A stretch of 64,000 nucleotides of DNA from Escherichia coli (GTDB lineage Bacteria; Pseudomonadota; Gammaproteobacteria; Enterobacterales; Enterobacteriaceae), in assembly GCF_003018235.1 (NCBI RefSeq), contig NZ_CP027437.1, one strand, 5' to 3'. Below the pieces are notes generated by a model. That model saw only the letters and a program-made list of their open reading frames with translations. It had not been told where the DNA came from and searched no databases. Positions 45,632 to 58,224 of the stretch are shown one piece after another. Both the position numbers and the translations under genes were made by a program. How positions within the stretch are numbered: the first letter of the stretch is position 1; every line of letters starts with the position of its first letter.

Positions 45632-45788
45632 TTACAAGAACCAGGGGCGGAAATTCCAGCCCTCTCGATTGTTACGTAGCACGGACAGACTATACGCCTG
45701 ATGGTCGTTCCCCATCGGGCCTGAAAACCGCAATACGCTGGGTAACAATCTTCGAGGGTAGCAGTTAACGCTGCTACCCTCTTTTTTC
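45632..45788 (+). ncRNA. sroC: SroC sRNA (processed gltI-gltJ spacer, GcvB sponge)
   Basis: Whole gltI-gltJ intergenic spacer, ending in GAGGGTAGCAG-TTAACG-CTGCTACCCTC hairpin plus TTTTTT (45754-45788). Assigned from recalled K-12 location; 5' end approximate. Confidence 0.55.
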
Positions 45789-45800
45789 TGGAGTAGATTT

Positions 45801-46541
45801 ATGTCTATAGACTGGAACTGGGGTATTTTTTTACAACAAGCCCCGTTCGGCAACACCACCTATCTTGGTTGGATCTGGAGTGGTTTTCAGGTGACGATCG
45901 CTTTGTCGATCTGCGCCTGGATTATCGCTTTCCTCGTCGGTTCATTTTTCGGCATTTTACGTACCGTTCCAAACCGTTTTCTCTCCGGTCTGGGTACGTT
46001 GTATGTCGAACTGTTCCGCAACGTGCCGTTGATTGTGCAATTCTTTACCTGGTATCTGGTGATCCCGGAGTTGCTGCCAGAGAAAATCGGCATGTGGTTT
46101 AAGGCCGAGCTGGATCCCAATATTCAGTTTTTCCTTTCATCCATGCTCTGCCTTGGGCTGTTTACCGCCGCCCGTGTTTGCGAACAGGTACGCGCCGCGA
46201 TTCAGTCGCTGCCGCGTGGGCAGAAGAATGCCGCGCTGGCGATGGGTCTGACACTACCGCAGGCTTACCGCTACGTACTGCTGCCTAATGCTTATCGCGT
46301 TATCGTCCCGCCGATGACCTCAGAGATGATGAACCTGGTGAAAAACTCCGCCATCGCCTCGACTATCGGTCTGGTGGATATGGCGGCGCAGGCGGGTAAA
46401 TTGCTCGATTACTCGGCCCACGCCTGGGAGTCGTTTACCGCCATTACGCTGGCGTATGTATTGATTAACGCTTTTATCATGCTGGTGATGACGCTGGTTG
46501 AACGTAAAGTTCGCCTGCCCGGCAACATGGGGGGCAAATAA
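45801..46541 (+). CDS. gltJ: GltJ, glutamate/aspartate ABC permease (246 aa)
   Basis: Polar amino-acid ABC permease; operon context. Confidence 0.95.
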
Positions 46542-47215
46542 TGTACGAGTTTGACTGGAGTTCCATTGTCCCTTCCCTGCCATATCTGCTGGATGGGCTG
46601 GTGATCACCCTGAAAATCACCGTCACGGCAGTGGTGATTGGTATTTTATGGGGCACCATGCTGGCGGTGATGCGCTTATCCAGCTTTGCGCCCGTAGCGT
46701 GGTTTGCCAAAGCCTACGTTAACGTATTCCGCTCGATTCCTTTAGTTATGGTTTTGCTGTGGTTTTACCTGATCGTGCCGGGTTTTCTGCAAAACGTGCT
46801 GGGATTATCGCCAAAAAATGATATCCGTTTAATTTCGGCAATGGTGGCGTTTTCGATGTTTGAAGCGGCCTACTATTCAGAGATTATCCGTGCCGGTATT
46901 CAAAGTATTTCCCGTGGTCAGTCGAGCGCCGCGCTGGCGTTGGGGATGACTCACTGGCAGTCGATGAAACTGATTATTCTGCCGCAGGCGTTCCGCGCGA
47001 TGGTGCCGCTGCTGCTCACTCAGGGCATCGTACTGTTCCAGGATACCTCACTGGTGTATGTGTTATCTCTGGCCGATTTCTTCCGTACCGCTTCAACCAT
47101 TGGTGAGCGTGATGGTACGCAGGTCGAGATGATCCTGTTTGCCGGATTTGTTTATTTCGTTATTAGCCTTAGCGCGTCGTTGTTGGTCAGCTACTTGAAA
47201 AGAAGGACAGCATAA
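46541..47215 (+). CDS. gltK: GltK, glutamate/aspartate ABC permease (224 aa)
   Basis: ABC permease; ATG overlaps the gltJ stop. Confidence 0.95.
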
Positions 47216-47940
47216 TGATTACCCTGAAAAATGTTTCAAAATGGTATGGTCACTTTCAGGTGCTGACCGACTGCTCAACCGAAGTGAAAAAAGGCGAAGT
47301 GGTGGTGGTTTGCGGCCCGTCTGGTTCCGGCAAATCAACGCTGATTAAAACCGTCAACGGCCTCGAACCGGTGCAGCAAGGTGAAATTACCGTCGATGGT
47401 ATCGTGGTTAACGATAAGAAAACCGATCTGGCAAAGCTGCGTTCCCGCGTCGGGATGGTGTTCCAGCATTTCGAGTTGTTCCCCCATTTGTCGATTATCG
47501 AAAACCTGACCCTGGCGCAGGTGAAAGTGCTTAAACGCGATAAAGCGCCCGCTCGTGAAAAAGCATTGAAATTGCTGGAGCGCGTGGGACTTTCCGCACA
47601 TGCCAATAAATTTCCGGCGCAGCTTTCCGGCGGTCAGCAGCAGCGTGTGGCGATCGCTCGCGCATTGTGTATGGATCCTATTGCCATGCTGTTCGACGAA
47701 CCGACATCGGCGCTGGATCCGGAGATGATCAACGAAGTGCTGGACGTGATGGTGGAACTGGCGAACGAAGGAATGACCATGATGGTGGTGACCCACGAAA
47801 TGGGCTTTGCCCGTAAAGTGGCGAATCGGGTGATCTTTATGGATGAGGGTAAAATTGTCGAAGACTCGCCGAAAGATGCGTTCTTCGATGATCCGAAATC
47901 GGACCGCGCAAAAGACTTCCTCGCGAAAATCCTGCATTAA
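47215..47940 (+). CDS. gltL: GltL, glutamate/aspartate ABC ATPase (241 aa)
   Basis: Walker [10 protein letters not shown], signature LSGGQQQR, Walker [11 protein letters not shown]; start overlaps the gltK stop. Confidence 0.95.
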   Translation: MITLKNVSKWYGHFQVLTDCSTEVKKGEVVVVCGPSGSGKSTLIKTVNGLEPVQQGEITVDGIVVNDKKTDLAKLRSRVGMVFQHFELFPHLSIIENLTLAQVKVLKRDKAPAREKALKLLERVGLSAHANKFPAQLSGGQQQRVAIARALCMDPIAMLFDEPTSALDPEMINEVLDVMVELANEGMTMMVVTHEMGFARKVANRVIFMDEGKIVEDSPKDAFFDDPKSDRAKDFLAKILH

Positions 47941-48057
47941 TCACTCTGGCGCGCATACCCAAGTGCGCGCCATCTCACGCTTTATCGTTTCGCTCCTCGT
48001 ATCTGTTACATCCTGGCGTTACCCTTGTCGCAAAGAAGCACACAACAAGGAGCAACA

Positions 48058-48993
48058 ATGGCACTGCCAATTCTGTTAGATTGCGACCCAGGTCATGATG
48101 ACGCTATCGCAATAGTTCTCGCCCTCGCCTCACCAGAGCTTGATGTCAAAGCAATTACGTCTTCCGCCGGAAACCAGACACCAGAAAAAACCTTACGCAA
48201 TGTTCTGCGTATGCTGACCTTGCTTAATCGCACCGATATTCCGGTGGCAGGCGGCGCGGTAAAACCGTTAATGCGTGAGTTGATTATCGCGGACAATGTG
48301 CACGGTGAAAGCGGTCTCGACGGCCCGGCATTACCGGAACCGACGTTCGCACCGCAAAACTGTACGGCGGTGGAGCTGATGGCGAAAACGCTGCGTGAAA
48401 GTGAGGAACCTGTCACGATTGTGTCTACCGGACCGCAAACTAACGTTGCCTTGCTGCTCAATAGCCATCCGGAACTGCATAGCAAAATCGCCCGTATCGT
48501 GATTATGGGCGGCGCAATGGGGCTTGGTAACTGGACGCCAGCCGCCGAGTTTAATATTTATGTTGACCCGGAAGCGGCAGAAATTGTTTTCCAGTCAGGG
48601 ATCCCGGTGGTGATGGCCGGTCTGGATGTTACTCATAAAGCGCAAATCCACGTTGAAGACACCGAGCGTTTCCGCGCGATTGGCAACCCTGTTTCAACCA
48701 TTGTTGCCGAACTGCTGGATTTCTTCCTCGAATATCATAAAGACGAAAAATGGGGTTTTGTCGGCGCACCGCTGCATGACCCATGCACCATCGCCTGGCT
48801 GTTGAAACCGGAGTTGTTTACCACTGTTGAGCGCTGGGTTGGCGTGGAAACACAAGGGAAATATACCCAGGGTATGACGGTTGTTGATTATTATTATCTG
48901 ACTGGCAATAAACCGAATGCCACTGTAATGGTCGATGTTGATCGTCAGGGCTTTGTTGATTTACTGGCTGATCGTCTGAAATTTTACGCTTAA
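48058..48993 (+). CDS. rihA: RihA, pyrimidine-specific ribonucleoside hydrolase (311 aa)
   Basis: ATG at 48058 gives [22 protein letters not shown] (nucleoside hydrolase DxDxxxDD motif). Confidence 0.95.
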   Translation: MALPILLDCDPGHDDAIAIVLALASPELDVKAITSSAGNQTPEKTLRNVLRMLTLLNRTDIPVAGGAVKPLMRELIIADNVHGESGLDGPALPEPTFAPQNCTAVELMAKTLRESEEPVTIVSTGPQTNVALLLNSHPELHSKIARIVIMGGAMGLGNWTPAAEFNIYVDPEAAEIVFQSGIPVVMAGLDVTHKAQIHVEDTERFRAIGNPVSTIVAELLDFFLEYHKDEKWGFVGAPLHDPCTIAWLLKPELFTTVERWVGVETQGKYTQGMTVVDYYYLTGNKPNATVMVDVDRQGFVDLLADRLKFYA

Positions 48994-49037
48994 TCACTCG
49001 CCGGATGACATCACGCCATCCGGCACCACTCATTTCA

Positions 49038-49520
49038 TTACGGCTCGAACGGGCGTCTCTGGAACTGGTCATGACCACATTTCGGGCATAGCGTCAGCAC
49101 TTCCGGTGTATAGATCGGGAGATGGAAATGACATTTCTCGCAGACCAGATTACCCAGCCCTACCACTTCTCCGCTGTGATAAACCCCGTGATGATTGAGG
49201 TCCTGGAAAACTTCGCGCCATTCAAGCTGCGTTTTATCGGTGATGTCTGCCAGCTCCTGCCACAAGCTTTCTTTAATCACCCGCATAAAGACGCTGTCAG
49301 ACTCTTCTTTCAGGCTCTCTTCATAGCTCATGGCGAACTCTTCCAGGTCACGTCTGACAGCTCGCGTCAGCTCATCGACTTCGGTTCGCGTTAACTCCCC
49401 TGTTTTTATTACGCGCTCGCGCGCCTGTTCCACCAGTGCGTCGATATCACGTTCGCCATTGCGCAGGCGTTCGCTCAGTGACGCGACCAGTTCACGGTAA
49501 TATTGAGCAACCTTGTTCAT
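49038..49520 (-). CDS. ybeL: YbeL, DUF1451 zinc-ribbon protein (160 aa)
   Basis: C-terminal CxxC...CxxC pair (CEKCHF / CPKCGH); divergent from leuS as in K-12. Confidence 0.8.
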   Translation of the reverse strand: MNKVAQYYRELVASLSERLRNGERDIDALVEQARERVIKTGELTRTEVDELTRAVRRDLEEFAMSYEESLKEESDSVFMRVIKESLWQELADITDKTQLEWREVFQDLNHHGVYHSGEVVGLGNLVCEKCHFHLPIYTPEVLTLCPKCGHDQFQRRPFEP

Positions 49521-49754
49521 CGTTTCATCTCCCGGGTCGTTAACTGACTATAATAATAGACGTTCTTTGTTCCTTGCTTTGCTAATACGCCCACAAACTC
49601 TGTAAATTAATGTATGAATAATCCGGGCATCATTTCAACGTCGAATGCGCGAAAGGCTGTTTTGACGCGGACGTTTGGGCTATGCTATGCGGATCTGAAA
49701 AACCACCTCAACGCTACATTTGTAGCCGTATTGAAAACAGGACCACTGGCTGCC

Positions 49755-52337
49755 ATGCAAGAGCAATACCGCCCGGAAGAGATAGAATCCAAAGTACAGC
49801 TTCATTGGGATGAGAAGCGCACATTTGAAGTAACCGAAGACGAGAGCAAAGAGAAGTATTACTGCCTGTCTATGCTTCCCTATCCTTCTGGTCGACTACA
49901 CATGGGCCACGTACGTAACTACACCATCGGTGACGTGATCGCCCGCTACCAGCGTATGCTGGGCAAAAACGTCCTGCAGCCGATCGGCTGGGACGCGTTT
50001 GGTCTGCCTGCGGAAGGCGCGGCGGTGAAAAACAACACCGCACCGGCACCGTGGACGTACGACAACATCGCGTACATGAAAAACCAGCTCAAAATGCTGG
50101 GCTTTGGTTATGACTGGAGCCGCGAGCTGGCAACCTGTACACCGGAATACTACCGTTGGGAACAGAAATTCTTCACCGAGCTGTATAAAAAAGGCCTGGT
50201 ATATAAGAAGACTTCTGCAGTCAACTGGTGCCCGAACGACCAGACCGTACTGGCGAACGAACAAGTTATCGACGGCTGCTGCTGGCGCTGCGATACCAAA
50301 GTTGAGCGTAAAGAGATCCCGCAATGGTTTATCAAAATCACCGCTTACGCTGACGAGCTGCTCAACGATCTGGATAAACTGGATCACTGGCCAGACACCG
50401 TTAAAACCATGCAGCGTAACTGGATTGGTCGTTCCGAAGGCGTAGAAATCACTTTCAACGTTAACGACTATGACAACACGCTGACCGTTTACACTACCCG
50501 CCCGGACACCTTTATGGGTTGTACCTACCTGGCGGTAGCGGCAGGTCATCCGCTGGCGCAGAAAGCGGCGGAAAATAATCCTGAACTGGCCGCCTTTATT
50601 GACGAATGCCGTAACACCAAAGTTGCCGAAGCTGAAATGGCAACGATGGAGAAAAAAGGCGTCGATACTGGCTTTAAAGCGGTTCACCCATTAACGGGCG
50701 AAGAAATTCCCGTTTGGGCAGCAAACTTCGTATTGATGGAGTACGGCACGGGCGCAGTTATGGCGGTTCCGGGTCACGACCAGCGCGACTACGAGTTTGC
50801 CTCTAAATACGGCCTGAACATCAAACCGGTTATCCTGGCAGCTGACGGCTCTGAGCCAGATCTTTCTCAGCAAGCCCTGACTGAAAAAGGCGTTCTGTTC
50901 AACTCTGGCGAGTTCAACGGTCTTGACCATGAAGCGGCCTTCAACGCTATCGCCGATAAACTGACTGCGATGGGCGTTGGCGAGCGTAAAGTGAACTACC
51001 GCCTGCGCGACTGGGGTGTTTCCCGTCAACGTTACTGGGGCGCGCCGATTCCGATGGTGACGCTGGAAGACGGTACCGTAATGCCGACCCCGGACGACCA
51101 GCTGCCGGTGATCCTGCCGGAAGATGTGGTGATGGACGGTATTACCAGCCCGATTAAAGCAGATCCGGAGTGGGCAAAAACTACGGTTAACGGTATGCCA
51201 GCGCTGCGTGAAACCGACACTTTCGACACCTTTATGGAGTCCTCCTGGTACTATGCGCGCTACACTTGCCCGGAGTACAAAGAAGGTATGCTGGATTCCA
51301 AAGCGGCTAACTACTGGCTGCCGGTGGATATCTACATTGGTGGTATCGAACACGCCATTATGCACCTGCTCTACTTCCGCTTCTTCCACAAACTGATGCG
51401 TGATGCAGGCATGGTGAACTCTGACGAACCAGCGAAACAGTTGCTGTGTCAGGGTATGGTGCTGGCAGATGCCTTCTACTATGTTGGCGAAAACGGCGAA
51501 CGTAACTGGGTTTCCCCGGTTGATGCTATCGTTGAACGTGACGAGAAAGGCCGTATCGTGAAAGCGAAAGATGCGGCAGGCCATGAACTGGTTTATACCG
51601 GCATGAGCAAAATGTCCAAGTCGAAGAACAACGGTATCGACCCGCAGGTGATGGTTGAACGTTACGGCGCGGACACCGTTCGTCTGTTTATGATGTTTGC
51701 TTCTCCGGCTGATATGACTCTCGAATGGCAGGAATCCGGCGTGGAAGGGGCTAACCGCTTCCTGAAACGTGTCTGGAAACTGGTTTACGAGCACACAGCG
51801 AAAGGTGATGTTGCGGCACTGAACGTTGATGCGCTGACTGAAGATCAGAAAGCGCTGCGTCGCGATGTGCATAAAACGATCGCTAAAGTGACCGATGATA
51901 TCGGCCGTCGTCAGACCTTCAACACCGCAATTGCGGCGATTATGGAGCTGATGAACAAACTGGCGAAAGCACCGACCGATGGCGAGCAGGACCGCGCCCT
52001 GATGCAGGAAGCGCTGCTGGCGGTAGTCCGTATGCTTAACCCGTTCACCCCGCACATCTGCTTCACGCTGTGGCAGGAACTGAAAGGCGAAGGCGATATC
52101 GACAACGCACCGTGGCCGGTTGCTGACGAAAAAGCGATGGTGGAAGACTCCACGCTGGTCGTGGTGCAGGTTAACGGTAAAGTCCGTGCAAAAATCACCG
52201 TTCCGGTGGACGCAACGGAAGAACAGGTTCGCGAACGTGCTGGCCAGGAACATCTGGTAGCAAAATATCTTGATGGCGTTACCGTGCGTAAAGTGATTTA
52301 CGTACCCGGTAAACTCCTCAATCTGGTCGTTGGCTAA
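49755..52337 (+). CDS. leuS: Leucyl-tRNA synthetase (860 aa)
   Basis: ATG at 49755 gives [15 protein letters not shown]...; HMGH and KMSKS motifs. The 47-aa ORF-track extension is rejected. Confidence 0.97.
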   Translation: MQEQYRPEEIESKVQLHWDEKRTFEVTEDESKEKYYCLSMLPYPSGRLHMGHVRNYTIGDVIARYQRMLGKNVLQPIGWDAFGLPAEGAAVKNNTAPAPWTYDNIAYMKNQLKMLGFGYDWSRELATCTPEYYRWEQKFFTELYKKGLVYKKTSAVNWCPNDQTVLANEQVIDGCCWRCDTKVERKEIPQWFIKITAYADELLNDLDKLDHWPDTVKTMQRNWIGRSEGVEITFNVNDYDNTLTVYTTRPDTFMGCTYLAVAAGHPLAQKAAENNPELAAFIDECRNTKVAEAEMATMEKKGVDTGFKAVHPLTGEEIPVWAANFVLMEYGTGAVMAVPGHDQRDYEFASKYGLNIKPVILAADGSEPDLSQQALTEKGVLFNSGEFNGLDHEAAFNAIADKLTAMGVGERKVNYRLRDWGVSRQRYWGAPIPMVTLEDGTVMPTPDDQLPVILPEDVVMDGITSPIKADPEWAKTTVNGMPALRETDTFDTFMESSWYYARYTCPEYKEGMLDSKAANYWLPVDIYIGGIEHAIMHLLYFRFFHKLMRDAGMVNSDEPAKQLLCQGMVLADAFYYVGENGERNWVSPVDAIVERDEKGRIVKAKDAAGHELVYTGMSKMSKSKNNGIDPQVMVERYGADTVRLFMMFASPADMTLEWQESGVEGANRFLKRVWKLVYEHTAKGDVAALNVDALTEDQKALRRDVHKTIAKVTDDIGRRQTFNTAIAAIMELMNKLAKAPTDGEQDRALMQEALLAVVRMLNPFTPHICFTLWQELKGEGDIDNAPWPVADEKAMVEDSTLVVVQVNGKVRAKITVPVDATEEQVRERAGQEHLVAKYLDGVTVRKVIYVPGKLLNLVVG

Positions 52338-52351
52338 GCGCGGGAGGAAGC

Positions 52352-52933
52352 GTGCGATATCTGGCAACATTGTTGTTATCTCTGGCGGTGTTAATCACCG
52401 CCGGGTGTGGCTGGCATCTGCGTGATACCACGCAGGTTCCTTCCACTATGAAGGTCATGATCCTGGACTCAGGCGATCCGAACGGGCCATTAAGCCGTGC
52501 GGTGCGTAACCAGTTACGTCTGAATGGTGTCGAGTTGCTTGATAAAGAAACCACGCGTAAGGACGTTCCATCCCTGCGTTTGGGTAAAGTGAGCATCGCG
52601 AAAGATACCGCATCGGTATTCCGTAACGGTCAAACAGCAGAGTATCAGATGATCATGACGGTCAATGCGACCGTGTTGATCCCCGGCCGTGACATCTACC
52701 CGATTAGCGCCAAAGTCTTCCGTTCGTTCTTCGATAACCCGCAAATGGCGTTAGCGAAAGATAACGAACAAGACATGATCGTAAAAGAGATGTACGACCG
52801 TGCTGCCGAACAGCTGATTCGTAAGCTGCCAAGCATCCGTGCTGCGGATATTCGTTCCGACGAAGAACAGACGTCGACCACAACGGATACTCCGGCAACG
52901 CCTGCACGCGTCTCTACCACGCTGGGTAACTGA
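52352..52933 (+). CDS. lptE: LptE (RlpB), LPS-assembly lipoprotein (193 aa)
   Basis: GTG start; lipobox LITAGC; stop overlaps the holA ATG. Confidence 0.93.
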
Positions 52934-53964
52934 TGATTCGGTTGTACCCGGAACAACTCCGCGCGCAGCTCAATGAAGGGCTGCGCGCGGCGTATCTTTT
53001 ACTTGGTAACGATCCTCTGTTATTGCAGGAAAGCCAGGACGCTATTCGTCAGGTCGCTGCGGCGCAAGGGTTCGAAGAACACCACACTTTTTCCATTGAT
53101 CCCAACACCGACTGGAATGCGATTTTTTCGTTATGCCAGGCCATGAGCCTGTTTGCCAGTCGACAAACGCTATTGCTGTTGTTACCCGAAAACGGACCGA
53201 ATGCGGCGATCAATGAACAACTTCTCACACTCACCGGACTTCTGCATGACGACCTGCTGTTGATCGTCCGCGGTAATAAATTAAGCAAAGCGCAAGAAAA
53301 TGCCGCCTGGTTTACTGCTCTTGCGAATCGCAGCGTGCAGGTGACCTGTCAGACACCGGAGCAGGCTCAGCTTCCCCGCTGGGTTGCTGCGCGTGCAAAA
53401 CAGCTCAACTTAGAACTGGATGACGCGGCAAACCAAGTGCTCTGCTACTGTTATGAAGGTAACCTGCTGGCGCTGGCTCAGGCACTGGAGCGTTTATCGC
53501 TACTCTGGCCAGACGGCAAACTGACATTACCTCGCGTTGAACAGGCGGTGAATGATGCCGCGCATTTCACCCCTTTTCATTGGGTTGATGCTTTGTTGAT
53601 GGGAAAAAGTAAGCGCGCGTTGCATATTCTTCAGCAACTGCGTCTGGAAGGCAGCGAACCGGTTATTTTGTTGCGCACATTACAACGTGAACTGTTGTTA
53701 CTGGTTAACCTGAAACGCCAGTCTGCCCATACGCCACTGCGTGCGTTGTTTGATAAGCATCGGGTATGGCAGAACCGCCGGGGCATGATGGGCGAGGCGT
53801 TAAATCGCTTAAGCCAGCCGCAGTTACGTCAGGCCGTGCAACTCCTGACACGAACGGAACTCACCCTCAAACAAGATTACGGTCAGTCAGTGTGGGCAGA
53901 GCTGGAAGAGTTATCTCTTCTGTTATGCCATAAACCCCTGGCGGACGTATTTATCGACGGTTGA
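52933..53964 (+). CDS. holA: HolA, DNA polymerase III delta subunit (343 aa)
   Basis: Translation [30 protein letters not shown]... Confidence 0.95.
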
Positions 53965-53965
53965 T

Positions 53966-54607
53966 ATGAAATCTTTACAGGCTCTGTTTGGCGGCACCTT
54001 TGATCCGGTGCACTATGGTCATCTTAAACCCGTGGAAACGCTGGCGAATTTGATTGGTCTGACGCGGGTCACAATCATCCCTAATAATGTTCCTCCGCAT
54101 CGTCCCCAGCCGGAAGCGAACAGCGTGCAGCGTAAACACATGCTTGAACTGGCGATTGCCGACAAGCCATTATTTACTCTTGATGAACGCGAGCTAAAGC
54201 GCAATGCCCCCTCTTACACTGCGCAAACACTGAAAGAGTGGCGGCAGGAACAAGGGCCGGACGTGCCGCTGGCGTTTATTATTGGTCAGGATTCACTGCT
54301 GACCTTTCCGACCTGGTACGAATACGAAACGATACTCGACAATGCACATTTGATCGTCTGTCGGCGTCCAGGTTACCCACTTGAAATGGCGCAACCGCAA
54401 TACCAGCAATGGCTGGAAGATCATTTGACACATAACCCGGAAGATCTTCACCTTCAGCCTGCCGGTAAAATTTATCTGGCTGAAACGCCGTGGTTTAACA
54501 TCTCCGCGACCATCATCCGCGAACGTTTGCAAAACGGTGAATCGTGTGAGGATTTATTGCCGGAACCGGTACTGACTTACATTAACCAACAAGGCTTGTA
54601 TCGCTGA
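53966..54607 (+). CDS. nadD: NadD, nicotinate-nucleotide adenylyltransferase (213 aa)
   Basis: [11 protein letters not shown] nucleotidyltransferase motif; start 2 bp after the holA stop. Confidence 0.95.
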
Positions 54608-54630
54608 TACCTGTCGTTACGGAGGGCATG

Positions 54631-55242
54631 ATGCGACTGTGGTTAATTCGTCATGGTGAAACGCAAGCGAATATCGATGGTCTGTACAGCGGTCATGCTC
54701 CCACACCCCTGACTGCGCGCGGTATTGAGCAAGCGCAAAATCTGCATACGCTGCTACATGGTGTTTCCTTTGACCTGGTTTTATGCAGTGAACTGGAACG
54801 GGCACAGCATACCGCGCGACTGGTTATCAGTGATCGCCAGCTCCCCGTGCAAATCATCCCTGAACTCAACGAAATGTTTTTTGGCGACTGGGAGATGCGA
54901 CATCATCGCGACCTCATGCAAGAAGATGCCGAAAACTATAGCGCGTGGTGCAATGACTGGCAGCATGCTATCCCCACGAACGGTGAAGGATTTCAGGCAT
55001 TTTCACAACGTGTGGAACGGTTTATCGCAAGGCTTAGTGAATTTCAGCACTATCAGAATATTTTAGTCGTCAGCCATCAGGGTGTACTGAGTCTGTTAAT
55101 CGCCCGTTTAATTGGTATGCCTGCCGAAGCTATGTGGCATTTTCGCGTTGACCAGGGGTGTTGGAGCGCCATTGATATCAACCAAAAATTCGCGACGCTA
55201 CGCGTCCTCAATAGCCGTGCCATCGGGGTCGAGAATGCATGA
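54631..55242 (+). CDS. cobC: CobC (PhpB), histidine-phosphatase-family alpha-ribazole phosphatase (203 aa)
   Basis: RHG motif (LIRHGETQAN). Two adjacent ATGs at 54628 and 54631; the second has better spacing from GGAGGG. Confidence 0.9.
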   Translation: MRLWLIRHGETQANIDGLYSGHAPTPLTARGIEQAQNLHTLLHGVSFDLVLCSELERAQHTARLVISDRQLPVQIIPELNEMFFGDWEMRHHRDLMQEDAENYSAWCNDWQHAIPTNGEGFQAFSQRVERFIARLSEFQHYQNILVVSHQGVLSLLIARLIGMPAEAMWHFRVDQGCWSAIDINQKFATLRVLNSRAIGVENA

Positions 55243-55483
55243 CTTTTCTGTTTTTTTACGGGCAAGCCGCAACGACCATTGACAGCCCCGGGCAGGCTGA
55301 TATTCTCCGCAGCCAGACTTTTTTCGCCAGACACGACTTTGTAGAAATTGTTTTACAAAAATGGCGATGCAATCTGCGGCTCGGGGTGGGATGATAGCCC
55401 ACTTTCGAAAGCCGATTCGGCGACAATTGTCCCGAAATCGCCTCTGGTTCAGGTATACTGACAGACCATTTTTATCTATTTGA

Positions 55484-55819
<336 letters not shown>

Positions 55820-55822
55820 TGC

Positions 55823-56290
55823 GTGAAGCTGCAACTTGTCGCCGTGGGAACGAAAATGCCGGACTGGGTACAAACTGGTTTTACCGAGTACCTGCGTCGT
55901 TTTCCGAAAGATATGCCCTTCGAGCTGATTGAAATTCCGGCCGGAAAACGCGGCAAGAATGCGGACATCAAGCGCATACTCGACAAAGAGGGTGAGCAGA
56001 TGTTGGCGGCCGCAGGCAAAAACCGCATTGTCACCCTCGATATTCCAGGCAAGCCCTGGGATACGCCGCAGTTAGCCGCTGAGCTGGAACGCTGGAAGCT
56101 GGATGGTCGCGACGTCAGTCTACTGATTGGCGGGCCTGAAGGGTTGTCGCCTGCCTGTAAAGCGGCGGCGGAGCAGAGCTGGTCGCTGTCGGCGCTTACC
56201 CTTCCCCATCCGCTGGTTCGCGTGCTGGTCGCAGAGAGTCTGTACCGGGCGTGGAGCATCACCACCAACCATCCTTATCACCGTGAGTGA
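55823..56290 (+). CDS. rlmH: RlmH (YbeA), 23S rRNA pseudouridine-1915 methyltransferase (155 aa)
   Basis: GTG start 4 bp after the rsfS stop; SPOUT-fold translation [16 protein letters not shown]... Confidence 0.93.
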
Positions 56291-56320
56291 TAAGGGAGCT
56301 TTGAGTAGAAAACGCAGCGG

Positions 56321-58222
56321 ATGAAACTACAGAACTCTTTTCGCGACTATACGGCAGAGTCCGCGCTGTTTGTGCGCCGGGCGCTGGTCGCCTTTTTGGG
56401 GATTTTGCTGCTGACCGGCGTGCTTATCGCCAACCTGTATAATCTGCAAATTGTTCGCTTTACCGATTACCAGACCCGCTCTAATGAAAACCGCATTAAG
56501 CTGGTGCCTATCGCACCCAGCCGCGGCATTATCTACGACCGTAACGGTATCCCTCTGGCACTTAACCGCACTATCTACCAGATAGAAATGATGCCGGAGA
56601 AAGTCGATAACGTGCAGCAAACGCTGGACGCTTTGCGCAGCGTGGTTGATCTGACCGATGACGATATTGCTGCATTCCGAAAAGAGCGCGCACGTTCACA
56701 CCGTTTCACCTCCATTCCGGTGAAAACTAACCTGACCGAAGTACAAGTGGCGCGCTTTGCCGTCAATCAGTACCGTTTTCCGGGTGTTGAAGTTAAAGGC
56801 TATAAACGTCGTTACTATCCTTACGGTTCGGCGTTGACCCACGTCATCGGCTATGTGTCGAAAATCAACGATAAAGACGTCGAACGCCTGAATAATGACG
56901 GCAAACTGGCCAACTATGCGGCAACGCATGATATAGGTAAGCTGGGCATTGAGCGTTACTATGAAGACGTGCTGCACGGTCAGACTGGTTATGAAGAGGT
57001 TGAAGTTAACAACCGTGGGCGTGTTATCCGCCAGTTAAAAGAAGTACCACCGCAAGCCGGACACGATATTTACCTGACGCTGGATCTCAAACTCCAGCAA
57101 TATATTGAAACGCTGCTGGCGGGTAGCCGCGCAGCTGTGGTAGTCACCGATCCGCGTACAGGTGGGGTGCTGGCGCTGGTTTCCACGCCTAGTTATGACC
57201 CAAACCTATTTGTTGACGGTATCTCCAGCAAAGATTATTCCGCCTTGCTGAACGACCCGAATACACCGCTGGTGAACCGCGCCACACAGGGGGTTTATCC
57301 TCCCGCGTCTACAGTTAAACCCTATGTGGCGGTTTCGGCATTGAGCGCCGGAGTGATCACGCGCAATACGACGCTGTTTGACCCAGGCTGGTGGCAACTG
57401 CCAGGTTCGGAAAAACGTTATCGTGACTGGAAAAAATGGGGCCACGGGCGTCTGAATGTCACAAGATCGCTGGAAGAATCTGCGGATACCTTCTTCTATC
57501 AGGTGGCCTACGATATGGGAATCGATCGCCTCTCCGAATGGATGGGTAAATTCGGTTATGGTCATTACACCGGTATCGACCTGGCGGAAGAACGTTCCGG
57601 CAACATGCCTACCCGCGAATGGAAACAGAAACGCTTTAAAAAACCGTGGTATCAGGGTGACACCATTCCGGTTGGTATCGGTCAGGGTTACTGGACAGCG
57701 ACCCCAATCCAGATGAGTAAGGCACTGATGATCCTGATTAATGACGGTATCGTGAAGGTTCCGCATTTGTTGATGAGCACCGCCGAAGACGGCAAACAGG
57801 TGCCATGGGTACAACCGCATGAACCGCCCGTCGGCGATATTCATTCCGGTTACTGGGAGCTGGCAAAAGACGGTATGTACGGTGTTGCTAACCGCCCTAA
57901 CGGTACGGCGCATAAATACTTTGCCAGCGCACCGTACAAAATTGCGGCGAAATCTGGTACAGCTCAGGTCTTCGGTCTGAAAGCGAACGAAACCTATAAT
58001 GCGCACAAAATTGCCGAGCGTTTACGTGACCACAAACTGATGACTGCCTTTGCGCCATACAACAATCCGCAAGTGGCTGTCGCCATGATTCTGGAGAACG
58101 GTGGCGCGGGTCCAGCGGTTGGTACGCTGATGCGCCAGATCCTCGACCACATTATGCTGGGTGATAACAACACCGATCTGCCTGCGGAAAATCCAGCGGT
58201 TGCCGCAGCGGAGGACCATTAA
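56321..58222 (+). CDS. mrdA: MrdA, penicillin-binding protein 2 (633 aa)
   Basis: Transpeptidase motifs STVK, SAD and KSGT. Confidence 0.97.
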   Translation: MKLQNSFRDYTAESALFVRRALVAFLGILLLTGVLIANLYNLQIVRFTDYQTRSNENRIKLVPIAPSRGIIYDRNGIPLALNRTIYQIEMMPEKVDNVQQTLDALRSVVDLTDDDIAAFRKERARSHRFTSIPVKTNLTEVQVARFAVNQYRFPGVEVKGYKRRYYPYGSALTHVIGYVSKINDKDVERLNNDGKLANYAATHDIGKLGIERYYEDVLHGQTGYEEVEVNNRGRVIRQLKEVPPQAGHDIYLTLDLKLQQYIETLLAGSRAAVVVTDPRTGGVLALVSTPSYDPNLFVDGISSKDYSALLNDPNTPLVNRATQGVYPPASTVKPYVAVSALSAGVITRNTTLFDPGWWQLPGSEKRYRDWKKWGHGRLNVTRSLEESADTFFYQVAYDMGIDRLSEWMGKFGYGHYTGIDLAEERSGNMPTREWKQKRFKKPWYQGDTIPVGIGQGYWTATPIQMSKALMILINDGIVKVPHLLMSTAEDGKQVPWVQPHEPPVGDIHSGYWELAKDGMYGVANRPNGTAHKYFASAPYKIAAKSGTAQVFGLKANETYNAHKIAERLRDHKLMTAFAPYNNPQVAVAMILENGGAGPAVGTLMRQILDHIMLGDNNTDLPAENPAVAAAEDH

Positions 58223-58224
58223 TC

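Noticed and set aside
50691-52370. 559-aa minus-strand ORF antisense to leuS
   Set aside because: Lies entirely within leuS on the opposite strand; translation has no recognisable fold; leuS is strongly supported by synthetase motifs.
57206-58006. 266-aa minus-strand ORF antisense to mrdA
   Set aside because: Shadow ORF within the transpeptidase coding region.
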